From an uncultured Candidatus Saccharibacteria bacterium (lineage in GTDB: Bacteria; Patescibacteriota; Minisyncoccia; Phycocordibacterales; PALSA-1337): DNA of 64,000 bases. Shown piece after piece: positions 1-9,260 of this stretch; position 1 is the first letter of the stretch, and each line of letters opens with the position of its first letter. The notes below the pieces were generated by a model. It was given only the letters and a program-made list of their open reading frames with translations, did no database searches and was not told the origin of the DNA. The position numbers were made by a program, and so were the translations under genes. The stretch spans positions 7,375 through 71,374 of the forward strand of contig CAZBLC010000002.1 in the NCBI GenBank assembly GCA_964492835.1, written 5' to 3'.

Positions 1-438
1 ATATTGATTACATGGATCTGAGTAATCTACCCTACCACTAGACTCTCCATGACTATCTTTAAAAAATGTATGACTAATTTGACATGTACCCCCTCCATAC
101 CTAGAAGATCTTGTACTGGTATCAGTACGAGTATACTTCTCAGAACCATTTTTTCCAAAAAATTCGCTCTCGATTAGAAGAACATTTGGTGTTAATTCAT
201 AGGTAGATTCAATTCCCTTAAACAGCAAACCAGCTACTCCGACATAATCATCACAAGAATTATTATTTAATTTTATGCACTCGTAGACACTACTTTCCTT
301 TTTAGAATATAAGACTTGGTAGATATTTGCGCCAACTCTGTAATCTCCATCGACTATAGTATCTGCTTTGATTATTGTAGGAGTGGTGTAAGAACAAAAA
401 ATAGCAATTATTAATAGCACCTTTAATAATCTCTTCAT
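1..438 (-). CDS. hypothetical secreted protein; gene continues past window edge (C-terminus outside window)
   Basis: Minus-strand ORF with ATG at 436-438 stays open to position 1. N-terminus MKRLLKVLLIIAIFCSYTTPTIIKA looks like a signal peptide. It is missing from the supplied track only because no stop lies inside the window. Confidence 0.4.
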   Translation of the reverse strand, partial: MKRLLKVLLIIAIFCSYTTPTIIKADTIVDGDYRVGANIYQVLYSKKESSVYECIKLNNNSCDDYVGVAGLLFKGIESTYELTPNVLLIESEFFGKNGSEKYTRTDTSTRSSRYGGGTCQISHTFFKDSHGESSGRVDYSDPCNQY

Positions 439-542
439 AATAAATAAAAATTAAATAATAAAATAACTGGTATTAGTATACCAGTTATTTTATTTCCCCC
501 TCTTTTTGTTATCCCCATTCAGGGATTACTCGACCATCAATG

Positions 543-2687
543 CTATTTCCTTGTCTCAACAATAGCTGCCTCTACGTTCTTTGGAACTACTTCATAGTGA
601 TCAAATTCCATAGTTGCACTTCCCTGACCTGATGTCATTGAACGCAATTGTGTTGTGTATCCGAACATCTCTGACAATGGAACCATAGCGTGTAGCACCT
701 TTGCCTGTCCTCTCTCTGTCATTTCTTCAATTGTTCCTCTCTTTGATGAAATACTTCCTGTAACATCTCCCATGAACTTCTCTGGGAATAGTACTTCAAG
801 CTTCATGATAGGTTCTAGGATAACTGGACGAGCTCTCTTTGCTGCTTCTTGGAATGCTTGTGATCCAGCAATCTTGTAAGCAATTTCAGATGAGTCCACG
901 TCGTGGTATGATCCGAATGTTAGTTCACAACTTACATTCACCATTCTAAATCCGGCAACTACTCCACGATCCATAGCCTCATGTACTCCCTTCTCTACAG
1001 CTGGAATGAACTCATTTGGAATAACTCCTCCCTTGATTGAGTCGATGAATTCAAAGTCATCATATCTACTAACATTCTTAGGAATCTTCACTCCTGGCTC
1101 AATCTTCTCCATAGGCTTAATATTGATCTTTACGTGACCATATTGTCCCTTACCTCCAGACTGCTTGATGTACTTGTGTTCAGCCTCAGCAGTACCTAGA
1201 ATTGTCTCTCTGTATGCTACCTGTGGCTTACCAACGTTAGTCTCTACTCCGAACTCTCTCTTCATACGATCAACCATGATGTCTAGGTGTAGCTCACCCA
1301 TACCTGAGATGATTGTCTCTCCTGTCTCACTGTTTGATGAGATCTTGAATGTTGGATCTTCATTAGCAAGCTTCTTAAGAGCCATACCCATTTTCTCTTG
1401 ATCTGCCTTTGTCTTTGGTTCAACTCTTAGAGATACCACTGGTTCTAGGAATTTGATAGTTTCAAGTATTACTGGCTTGTTCTCATCACAGAATGTGTGT
1501 GATGTAAGAGCATCCTTTAGTCCTACAGCAGCTGCAATCTCTCCTGCGTATACTTTCTTCACCTCCTCTCTCTTGTCTGCCTGTAGACGCACTATACGTC
1601 CTAATCTCTCCTTCTTTCCAGTTGTCGAGTTGTAAATGTATGTTCCTGATTCAATTGTTCCAGAATATACACGGAAGAATGTAAGCTGACCTACGAATGG
1701 ATCGTTTTGTAATTTAAATGCTAGAGCTGCAAATGGCTCTTCGTCAGAAGGTCCACGGAATATCTCTTCTCCCGTATTAGGATCTGTTCCTCTAACAGCC
1801 TTAATATCTGTAGGAGCTGGTAGATAGTCAACAACAGCATCTAGTACTAGCTGAACTCCAACGTTCTTTAGAGCTGATCCAGTGAATACTGGGAACATCT
1901 TGTTGTCGATAACTAGTTTTCTGATTTCTGTCTTTAGAACATCTACTGGTATCTCCTTTCCATCTAGGTACTGTTGCATTAGAACATCGTTATGCTCAAC
2001 TGCCTTCTCAACTAGTTCAGCATGATATTTCTTAGCATCAGCTAGTAGGTTCTCAGGGATTTCCTTCTCGATGATGTTAATACCCTTCTCTCCGTCAAAG
2101 AAATATGCCTTCATCTTTAGAAGATCTACAACTCCTTCATGATCTCCTTCTGTTCCAACTGGGATTTGGAATCTTACTGCCTTCTTGTTTAGTCTCTCTA
2201 GAATAGATGCATATGATTTCTCAAATGATGCTCCCATTCTGTCCATTTTGTTAATGAAACAAAGACGAGGCACATTACTTTCATCTGCATATCTCCAGTT
2301 TGTCTCTGATTGAGGCTCTACTCCGGCTACTCCGTCAAACACCACAACAGCTCCGTCTAGAACACGTAGTGAACGCTTCACCTCTACTGTAAAGTCGATG
2401 TGTCCTGGAGTATCGATAACGTTAAAACGTACTTTCTTTGAAGTATCTGTCTTAGGCATGTATGAAGGGTTCCAGAAACAAGTAATAGCAGCTGCGGTAA
2501 TTGTAATACCACGCTCTCTCTCCTGTTCCATCCAGTCAGTAGTTGTCGCTCCGTCATGCACCTCTCCAATCTTATGGATCATACCTGTGTAATACAGAAT
2601 ACGTTCTGATGTAGTAGTCTTACCTGCATCAATATGGGCAATGATTCCGAAGTTACGAACTTTTTCTAGTGGATAGTCTCTTTGCAT
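543..2687 (-). CDS. fusA: translation elongation factor G
   Basis: 714 aa. N-terminal GTPase motifs AHIDAGKTT, DTPGH, NKMD. Length and architecture match EF-G. Follows rpsG/rpsL as in the str operon. Confidence 0.95.
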   Translation of the reverse strand: MQRDYPLEKVRNFGIIAHIDAGKTTTSERILYYTGMIHKIGEVHDGATTTDWMEQERERGITITAAAITCFWNPSYMPKTDTSKKVRFNVIDTPGHIDFTVEVKRSLRVLDGAVVVFDGVAGVEPQSETNWRYADESNVPRLCFINKMDRMGASFEKSYASILERLNKKAVRFQIPVGTEGDHEGVVDLLKMKAYFFDGEKGINIIEKEIPENLLADAKKYHAELVEKAVEHNDVLMQQYLDGKEIPVDVLKTEIRKLVIDNKMFPVFTGSALKNVGVQLVLDAVVDYLPAPTDIKAVRGTDPNTGEEIFRGPSDEEPFAALAFKLQNDPFVGQLTFFRVYSGTIESGTYIYNSTTGKKERLGRIVRLQADKREEVKKVYAGEIAAAVGLKDALTSHTFCDENKPVILETIKFLEPVVSLRVEPKTKADQEKMGMALKKLANEDPTFKISSNSETGETIISGMGELHLDIMVDRMKREFGVETNVGKPQVAYRETILGTAEAEHKYIKQSGGKGQYGHVKINIKPMEKIEPGVKIPKNVSRYDDFEFIDSIKGGVIPNEFIPAVEKGVHEAMDRGVVAGFRMVNVSCELTFGSYHDVDSSEIAYKIAGSQAFQEAAKRARPVILEPIMKLEVLFPEKFMGDVTGSISSKRGTIEEMTERGQAKVLHAMVPLSEMFGYTTQLRSMTSGQGSATMEFDHYEVVPKNVEAAIVETRK

Positions 2688-2754
2688 AAATTAAATTAAT
2701 ATAATAAGAAGTAACAGTTAGATTACCTTAAATTGGGATAAAATGCAAAATTTG

Positions 2755-3276
2755 TTATGAGTTAAACCCAATTTTATTACTTTTCTTTATAGGTTCGTCT
2801 AGCAGTCTCTTTATAAAATCATATATTGTAGCTATGTCCTTACCTTGATCTTCTTGGTTTTTCTCCAATTCTTCCATCTTTATAGCCAGATCCTTGTGGG
2901 TAGATAGCATTTCTCTGAGTTTAGCGAATGCTCTGATTATGAATATATTCATCTGTACCGCCCTATCACTCTTAAGTACTGAGGAAAGCATACCGACTCC
3001 GAGTTCGGTGAATGCGTATGGCAAGTATCTACGTCCCCCCTTTGAGATTGCAATTTGCAATCTCAAAGAATCCAACTCAACTTGAGTAAGCTGAAACATA
3101 AAATCCTCTGGAAATCTGTCCATATTACGCTTAACAGCCAGGTTTAAGTTACCAGTTTTAACTTGGTATAACTCGGCCAAAACAAAGTCCAGCATCACTT
3201 TCTGTCCGCGAATTATAAATATTCGCTTCTCTATTATTTCAGACGGAATTGTACTTAATTCTTTCTCTTCTTTCAT
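2755..3276 (-). CDS. ORF6N/KilA-N-like (phage antirepressor N-terminal type) DNA-binding domain protein
   Basis: 173 aa. Central segment RGQKVMLDFVLAELYQV...NLAVKRNMDRFPEDFMFQLT...RRYLPYAFTELGVGMLSSVLKSDRAVQMNIFIIRAF resembles the ORF6N/KilA-N fold found in phage antirepressor-like proteins. Sits between rpsG and fusA. Confidence 0.55.
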   Translation of the reverse strand: MKEEKELSTIPSEIIEKRIFIIRGQKVMLDFVLAELYQVKTGNLNLAVKRNMDRFPEDFMFQLTQVELDSLRLQIAISKGGRRYLPYAFTELGVGMLSSVLKSDRAVQMNIFIIRAFAKLREMLSTHKDLAIKMEELEKNQEDQGKDIATIYDFIKRLLDEPIKKSNKIGFNS

Positions 3277-3397
3277 GTAAGAATTATGACAAATGTGATA
3301 GTAATATCAATACTAAAAAATACAAAAATTTTATCCAGATTTCATTTCGTGGGGATAACTTTTGATTCGTTACGGAAATTTGTTAAAATACTAACAA

Positions 3398-3646
3398 ATG
3401 AGTAAGAAATCTTCGAAAATAACAGAGGATACGTTCAATTGGTGTTTTGCTATCATTAATGGAAAACTTGGACAAATATTTTTTAAGAAAGGATCGAGGA
3501 GTGTCGAGGGTATATTTGGTCATAGTTATCATAGCAAAAAAGATATTTTTAGTGCTGAAGAAAAGAAGATGATTGGTAGTGATATTAAGAAGCATCAGTT
3601 CTCCTTTCGAAAAGGAAAGTATAATCGAGTTAATGTTCCTGTTTGA
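3398..3646 (+). CDS. small basic hypothetical protein (uncertain)
   Basis: 82-aa Lys-rich ORF in the 550-bp spacer between ORF6N gene and rpsG. Ends exactly at the first palindrome of the hairpin array. No homology recognised. Confidence 0.2.
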   Translation: MSKKSSKITEDTFNWCFAIINGKLGQIFFKKGSRSVEGIFGHSYHSKKDIFSAEEKKMIGSDIKKHQFSFRKGKYNRVNVPV

Positions 3647-3810
3647 GGCTGCAAATTGCAGCCTCAAACTTGATATTGCAATTTGCAATCTCAAGTTGAA
3701 GTATCTCTGAGGTGCCAATTTGACGCCTCAGAACTTGGTATTCCAATCTGGAATACCAAGTTAAATAAAAATACCTTTGAGGTTTCAGATTGAAACTTCA
3801 AAGGTATTTT
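3641..3810. repeat. tandem array of five inverted repeats (25-44 bp) with CAAnTTG-type centres
   Basis: Palindromes read directly from the sequence. 3641-3669 is gtttgaggctgcaaattgcagcctcaaac. 3669-3695 is cttgatattgcaatttgcaatctcaag. 3706-3731 is ctgaggtgccaatttgacgcctcag. 3734-3760 is cttggtattccaatctggaataccaag. 3767-3810 is aaaatacctttgaggtttcagattgaaacttcaaaggtatttt. A sixth near-identical copy (ctttgagattgcaatttgcaatctcaaag, 3041-3070) lies inside the ORF6N coding region. Confidence 0.8.
3767..3810 (-). terminator. rho-independent terminator candidate downstream of rpsG (also the last palindrome of the array)
   Basis: About 20-bp stem with a 3-nt loop 20 nt downstream of the rpsG stop, followed on the minus strand by a U-rich tract (uuuuauuuaac). 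Confidence 0.5.
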
Positions 3811-3829
3811 TAATATAGTATTTTTGGTA

Positions 3830-4300
3830 TTACCAAGCAAAGTGAGCGAATGCCTTGTTTGCCTCTGCCATCTTGTGTGTATTCTCTCTCTTCTTTACTG
3901 CTTCTCCTTCGTTCTTTGATGCTGCAAATATTTCTTCTGCTAGTTTTTCTGCCATTGGCTTACCTTTCTTTGAACGAGCAGCTAGAACTATCCACTTCAT
4001 TGATAGGGCTCTCTGTCTCTCTGGACGAACTTCACGAGGAACTTGATAGTTAGCACCTCCAACACGTCTAGCACGTACTTCCATTGCTGGCATAGTGTTC
4101 TTTAGAGCTGTCTCGAATACTTCAAGAGCGTTATCTGTCTTAGCCTTTTCCTTTATTATCTCAAAACAATCGTATACAACCTTTCTAGCTGTAGCCTTCT
4201 TTCCTGAGTCCATAACATAGTTAATTAGCTTTGAAACCTTTACGGATTCAAAAACAGGTTCAGGTTTTAATGGATGCTTGTTCTTTATTCTTCTTCTCAT
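3830..4300 (-). CDS. rpsG: 30S ribosomal protein S7
   Basis: 156 aa. Typical S7 sequence (…[12 protein letters not shown]…). Position between rpsL and fusA. Confidence 0.95.
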   Translation of the reverse strand: MRRRIKNKHPLKPEPVFESVKVSKLINYVMDSGKKATARKVVYDCFEIIKEKAKTDNALEVFETALKNTMPAMEVRARRVGGANYQVPREVRPERQRALSMKWIVLAARSKKGKPMAEKLAEEIFAASKNEGEAVKKRENTHKMAEANKAFAHFAW

Positions 4301-4331
4301 AGTGATATTTTAATATTTTAGTAATTTAACA

Positions 4332-4751
4332 TTAAACCTTAGCTGCCTTTGGCTTCTTGTTTCCGTATTGACTTCGACCCTTTCTTCTCTTCTCTACTCC
4401 AGCTGCATCTAGAACTCCGCGAACAACTGTGTATCTTAGTCCTACGTCCTTTACACGTCCTCCTCTTAGTAGTACCACTGAGTGTTCCTGTAGGTTATGT
4501 CCTTCTCCTGGGATGTAAGCTGTAACTTCAAGACCATTTGATAGTCTTACACGGGCAATCTTACGGATAGCTGAGTTAGGCTTCTTAGGTGTCTTTGTTG
4601 TAACCTTTATACAAACTCCTCTCTTAAATGGAGATGGAAAGAAGCTAGGACGATTCTCAATACTATTGAAAGTTCGTGTTAGAGCTACTGACTTTGTCTT
4701 TCTGATAAATTTCTTACGATTCTTACGCACAAGCTGATTAATTGTTGGCAT
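4332..4751 (-). CDS. rpsL: 30S ribosomal protein S12
   Basis: 139 aa starting [10 protein letters not shown]…, conserved S12 core (…PKKPNSA(I/L)RK…). Confidence 0.95.
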   Translation of the reverse strand: MPTINQLVRKNRKKFIRKTKSVALTRTFNSIENRPSFFPSPFKRGVCIKVTTKTPKKPNSAIRKIARVRLSNGLEVTAYIPGEGHNLQEHSVVLLRGGRVKDVGLRYTVVRGVLDAAGVEKRRKGRSQYGNKKPKAAKV

Positions 4752-4890
4752 TCTTAAATGTTATTTATTTAAAACTTAATAATTTACCCAAATATGTCTA
4801 GAGTTGATTGTTTTCACCGAGCGGTTACTCACCTCTATACGTTTTTGGACGTGGGGTTACTCTATCACAAATATGGGAAAAGGCAATTAT

Positions 4891-5622
4891 TTATCTAAGA
4901 ATGACCTTACCGACAATATCTTTAATATTAACCGGACCAAGAGTCTTTGAATCCAAACTAGCAGCTGAATTGTCTCCTAGAACAAAGTACTCCCCTTCTT
5001 TTAAATCAACAACTAGCTCTGCAGGGATTGGGGTTGATAAATACTTGTCCTCAACCAAGAGTTCGTTGATGTATAGCTGTCCATTCTCTATCTTTAGCTT
5101 TTCGCCTGGTAAACCAACGATACGATTTACAAAATAAACCCCGTAGATATTTTTAAACACAACAACATCATTTCTCTTATAATTATTTAAAAATATTTTA
5201 ATAACGAGATATTCCCCATCATTAATATTTGGTGTCATAGAATTACCAGATACCACAAAAGGCTGAAAAATAAACAATCTAACTGACATAACAATAGCTG
5301 TTAGGATTAATATTCCAAGTATGTTATTGGTGATATAAAGTAAAAAACTTTTTATCCAAGAAACTTGATAATATTTTTTAAAATATAAATAAAATATGAA
5401 GTAAGCTGCCCCAATTGTAGATATATATACAAAAGGATCTTTAATTAAAAAAAGAAATGCAAATAAATTTAAAGGGGCTCCTAATAAATTAATAAGTACT
5501 ACTTTTTTATATGATATTTCTTTTATTCTAAATAGTTTACAAATACCTAATAAAATTAATGAGCTAATTAGAAATAATATTAATGAAGATATATATGTGA
5601 TAGTTATTATAGGTAATGTCAT
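4891..5622 (-). CDS. lepB: signal peptidase I (S26 family) with extended multi-TM N-terminus
   Basis: C-terminal half has SGNSM (Ser box) …VVVF…NRIVGLPGE… and GDNSAASLDS motifs of LepB. N-terminal 100 aa is hydrophobic. Confidence 0.8.
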   Translation of the reverse strand: MTLPIITITYISSLILFLISSLILLGICKLFRIKEISYKKVVLINLLGAPLNLFAFLFLIKDPFVYISTIGAAYFIFYLYFKKYYQVSWIKSFLLYITNNILGILILTAIVMSVRLFIFQPFVVSGNSMTPNINDGEYLVIKIFLNNYKRNDVVVFKNIYGVYFVNRIVGLPGEKLKIENGQLYINELLVEDKYLSTPIPAELVVDLKEGEYFVLGDNSAASLDSKTLGPVNIKDIVGKVILR

Positions 5623-5640
5623 AATTATTAAATTATATAC

Positions 5641-6252
5641 TTAAAATGATATTCCTGTTATAGCTTTGAAGATAAATGGAATGATAGGTGCTACCAGTTC
5701 CCAAATGAAGAAAACGACTATCAAGAACAACAGTATCGAGTATATCTCTATCACCTCCCTAATCCAAATTAGTTTTCTTGGCAGAATCGCAAACAATACC
5801 TTAGATCCATCAAGTGGTGGTAATGGGATCATATTGAATACAGCTAGAACGATATTGATTATGATTACGTAAGTAGATATGTATATAAAGGAATCAGATA
5901 ATAGTGATCCGTACAATCTAATTAGCAAACCAAATACTGTAGCTATGACAATATTTGATACTGGTCCAGCGATAGCTATAGCTAACTCTCCCCATCTCTT
6001 GTTCTTTACGTTATATGGATTCCACTGTACTGGCTTAGCCCATCCAAATGTAAAACCTGCTAATGATGTGATTATAGGCACAATGAATGAACCAAATAGT
6101 TCTAGGTGTTTTAAAGGATTTAGGGTCAATCTCCCCTGCAATCTAGGTGTAGGATCACCTAAAAGATCAGCCATATAACCATGAGAAAGTTCATGTACTA
6201 CCACTGACATTATTAGTATAGCTATTTGAAAAATGAAGATTGAATCGTTCAT
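5641..6252 (-). CDS. site-2 protease family (peptidase M50) zinc metalloprotease
   Basis: 203 aa polytopic membrane protein with HELSH (HExxH) in the first TM, followed by an LDG-type motif (PLPPLDGSK). Confidence 0.75.
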   Translation of the reverse strand: MNDSIFIFQIAILIMSVVVHELSHGYMADLLGDPTPRLQGRLTLNPLKHLELFGSFIVPIITSLAGFTFGWAKPVQWNPYNVKNKRWGELAIAIAGPVSNIVIATVFGLLIRLYGSLLSDSFIYISTYVIIINIVLAVFNMIPLPPLDGSKVLFAILPRKLIWIREVIEIYSILLFLIVVFFIWELVAPIIPFIFKAITGISF

Positions 6253-6294
6253 AGCACTTGCTTAATATATTTATTATGATAGCATACTATCACT

Positions 6295-6537
6295 ATGGCT
6301 AAAGCTTGCGCAATAACAAAAAGAAGTTCAATGGTAGCTGGCGGATATTCAAACGCTACACGTGCTACTCAGTTTAACCCTACAGGAATGGTACGTAAGT
6401 ACGTTAATCTTCAAAAGAAGAAGATTTATGTTCCTGAGCTTAAGAAATCATTTATCCTTAATATTTCAACAAGAGCACTAAAGACAATACAGAAGAGAGG
6501 AGCATTTATAACTCTAAAGAAAGCAGGAATTATATAG
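6295..6537 (+). CDS. rpmB: 50S ribosomal protein L28
   Basis: 80 aa. MAKACAITKRSS…N..H…TRATQF.PN pattern typical of bL28. Confidence 0.8.
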   Translation: MAKACAITKRSSMVAGGYSNATRATQFNPTGMVRKYVNLQKKKIYVPELKKSFILNISTRALKTIQKRGAFITLKKAGII

Positions 6538-7290
6538 TCATCTACTCCAGAAAAATCCATCCGACACAAAACGGATGGATTTTTCTTTTGTAGTAAATAT
6601 ATACTTAGGTTCGATAACCTCAACAAGATTCTTAGACACCTTTGACTCTATCCCACTGTTATATAGCTCAAGTATAGATTCCATATCATCTTCAATCTCT
6701 TTAGATATACTCTTTTGTATTGTTTTAGAGAGATTACCCATTAAGTACAGATTAGTATTTTGATAATCTATCCGTACCCCCAATTCAGGCAAACTTGTTT
6801 TGTTGTACTTAAAAACTTCATATGGAAAAAGTATTTGTATTCGCATCTTACCGATATCAATCGTATCTCCCTTGTTAACCTCAACTACATGTATCTTGTT
6901 CTTTTGTATTGTCTTCATTAACTGAGTTAATACTGTGCTTGTAGACATAGTACTTGGCTTTATAACCTCCCCAATATCATGTCTCTCCAGTATTTCTATG
7001 AGTCCACCAATTTGTGCTGCAGTAGCACTTGGTATGACTACATAATCGATTCTCCTGTCATAGAAAGGCATTAGTCTCGTTATCTCCGCTATAGTTTGTG
7101 AATTCTGTCCTCCACCATAGAGGATTGTCTTGTTGTCTGAAGTCCTAATAAATATTGATCTGCCTTTGTTTAGACTCAGGAAGTTAACCTCAAGCCTCTC
7201 TTCCCTGTATTCCCACTTATATACATAAATACCAAGTAGTGTGGTAGCTAAAGTAAAGATTAATATAGAGATTTGTATTTTTCTTTTCAT
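6538..7290 (-). CDS. ComEC C-terminal-type metallo-beta-lactamase-fold protein with degenerate metal-binding motif, membrane anchored
   Basis: N-terminal TM anchor. LEVNFLSLNKGRSIFIRT.DNKTILYGGG…RRIDYVVIPSATAAQIGGL matches the ComEC/Rec2 MBL domain pattern (vtfLDVGqGd..li.t..gktiLiDgG…iD.lvlTHadaDHiGGl). The HxHxDH histidines are replaced (PSATAAQ). Confidence 0.55.
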   Translation of the reverse strand: MKRKIQISILIFTLATTLLGIYVYKWEYREERLEVNFLSLNKGRSIFIRTSDNKTILYGGGQNSQTIAEITRLMPFYDRRIDYVVIPSATAAQIGGLIEILERHDIGEVIKPSTMSTSTVLTQLMKTIQKNKIHVVEVNKGDTIDIGKMRIQILFPYEVFKYNKTSLPELGVRIDYQNTNLYLMGNLSKTIQKSISKEIEDDMESILELYNSGIESKVSKNLVEVIEPKYIFTTKEKSIRFVSDGFFWSR

Positions 7291-7304
7291 GATAGAATGT
7301 TTAT

Positions 7305-7889
7305 ATGAAAAAATTTAATGAATTACAGTTTAATATCGGAGAATTAAAAGGAATCTCTAAGAAAACTATTGAGGAACATCTAAAGCTATACTCTGGATAC
7401 GTTAACAACCTAAACACAATACATGAGATAGTAGAGAATCAGACAAACCCAGAATATGCACGTAGAGAAGCATATAGACGGCAAGGATTTGAATTCGGAG
7501 GAATGAGGAATCATGAAATATATTTCTCTCTACTTGAAGGAGGATACAAGGCACTAGATGAAAGTAGCGAGCTATACAAAAAGATAGTTGATATGGCTGG
7601 AAGTTTTGATAACTTCATTACTATCTTTAAGAATCTAGCTACAACTCGTGGTATTGGTTGGGCCATGCTTGGTTATGACAGAAAGACTGATAGATTGATT
7701 CAGTATTGGGTTGATGAACAGCATATTGGCCACCTTCCTGAAGTAGACATATTAATTGCTCTTGATATGTGGGAACATTCATACGTTATGGACTATGCAC
7801 CATCTGGTAAGAAGAACTATGTTGAGGATTTCTTCTTGAATCTAAACTGGGACAAGGTTGTAGGTAATTTCACTAATGCTACGAAATAG
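7305..7889 (+). CDS. sodA: Fe/Mn superoxide dismutase family protein
   Basis: 194 aa. YVNNLN, GG.RNHEIYFSLL and DMWEHSYVMDY motifs match Fe/Mn-SOD signatures (…H…YVnnlN, ggH.NH..fW..L, DvWEHAYY). Ligand His/Asp positions appear retained. 3' end overlaps comEC by 72 nt convergently. Confidence 0.7.
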   Translation: MKKFNELQFNIGELKGISKKTIEEHLKLYSGYVNNLNTIHEIVENQTNPEYARREAYRRQGFEFGGMRNHEIYFSLLEGGYKALDESSELYKKIVDMAGSFDNFITIFKNLATTRGIGWAMLGYDRKTDRLIQYWVDEQHIGHLPEVDILIALDMWEHSYVMDYAPSGKKNYVEDFFLNLNWDKVVGNFTNATK

Positions 7890-9181
7890 CTTAGGTAGAA
7901 ACCGGTAACTATCCAGAATGAAAACTTAGGTATATTAATTGCTGCAAAAGGTATTTTTGCAAATGTCTTTACCATAAATAGCTCATAGGACAGCAGTACG
8001 AAAGATATCCAAGCAAATATCTTTGATATAGATATCGAGATGAATCCTATAATACCTGTAAGAGTTACGAATAGCATTGTGAGTGGAATGATTGGTAATA
8101 CTAATATATTTACCACTATTCCAATCACAGACAACTGCCCCATCATATACAATATGTATGGCGAAACAAATACTTGTGTAGCGAGAGTTGATGCAACTAA
8201 TCCTCTAATACCAAATTTTTCAGTAATAAATTGAATTCTCTTCTCAATTGGCGAAGAAAGTATTATTAATCCAAGTGTTGCAAGGAATGATAGCTGGAAC
8301 GATGGATCGTATAGCAGAATATATGGATTTTGTATGAGCATTAGTATACCTGCAATGAATAGCGCTTTGCCTACGTTATAGTCTTTTCGAAGTAGACTGG
8401 CGAGTATAGCTATAGTTGCCATAATACAGGAACGGACTACGGTTGCTCCGCCACCAACTAATATACCGAATGCCACTATCCCCATTCCACCTAAACCTAT
8501 ACCAATATTTCTTGGCAGAAAAGACAATATTCTACGAATGGAATCAGCAACTATCGTAATGTTATATCCAGACAGAACAACGATATGTATTAGTCCTACT
8601 TTTCTAAAGTCATCTATCAGATCCTTTCCCAAAGCACTCTTCTCTCCAACTACTAGCCCTCCGGCTAGAGCGGCGTGTGGTTCACCGAGTACTCTCTTAA
8701 TATTTTGCAAAAATCTTTGCTTCAATTTAAACAAAATACCTGAGACATCATTACCAGTCTTAGTATCAATGACTTCTATACTAGGCTTCCTTAACTCAAA
8801 ATATATACCATCTTTCAAAAGAAAGTTAATGTAATCAAAGGTTCTTCCACCATTACTCTTGAAGTTAAATGGTGCGATTGATTTACCTACAATCTTAAGT
8901 CTCTGGCCGTATTGATATTCCAAGTACCTATCAACCGATACCTTTATGTATATATTTATTTCCTCACCATTAATACTCTCAGTATTTACCACAAATACCC
9001 TAGAGAAATCTTTAGTCTGTGGTTCATTAGATATTACCCCGTACACTTCAACTTCCTTACCTGCATACCTTGAAACAATCCCTTCCCTGTCATCACTGTG
9101 GAATACAGACCAAAATCTAAATATTAAAATGATAATTAATATTGATATAACTACTATATTTATTTTTTGATTTGTATTCAC
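7817..9181 (-). CDS. comEC: ComEC/Rec2-family competence membrane protein (N-terminal DUF4131 + competence domain only)
   Basis: 454 aa polytopic membrane protein. The core LAGGLVVGEKSALGKDLIDDFRKVGLIHIVVLSGYNITIV…IAGILMLIQNPYIL matches the ComEC competence domain. No MBL domain in this ORF. Confidence 0.75.
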   Translation of the reverse strand: MNTNQKINIVVISILIIILIFRFWSVFHSDDREGIVSRYAGKEVEVYGVISNEPQTKDFSRVFVVNTESINGEEINIYIKVSVDRYLEYQYGQRLKIVGKSIAPFNFKSNGGRTFDYINFLLKDGIYFELRKPSIEVIDTKTGNDVSGILFKLKQRFLQNIKRVLGEPHAALAGGLVVGEKSALGKDLIDDFRKVGLIHIVVLSGYNITIVADSIRRILSFLPRNIGIGLGGMGIVAFGILVGGGATVVRSCIMATIAILASLLRKDYNVGKALFIAGILMLIQNPYILLYDPSFQLSFLATLGLIILSSPIEKRIQFITEKFGIRGLVASTLATQVFVSPYILYMMGQLSVIGIVVNILVLPIIPLTMLFVTLTGIIGFISISISKIFAWISFVLLSYELFMVKTFAKIPFAAINIPKFSFWIVTGFYLSYFVALVKLPTTLSQFRFKKKSST

Positions 9182-9260
9182 TTAAATACAATATCAAAAC
9201 GAGATGAAATCCGTATAAAGTTTTAATAAAATCTTTATGAAATTTTTATTTAGATTTTAT

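Noticed and set aside
3383-3718. 111-aa minus-strand ORF spanning the palindrome array
   Set aside because: The reading frame is generated by the palindromes themselves. LQIAIS is encoded in both orientations. It overlaps the plus-strand small ORF and shows no protein-like features.
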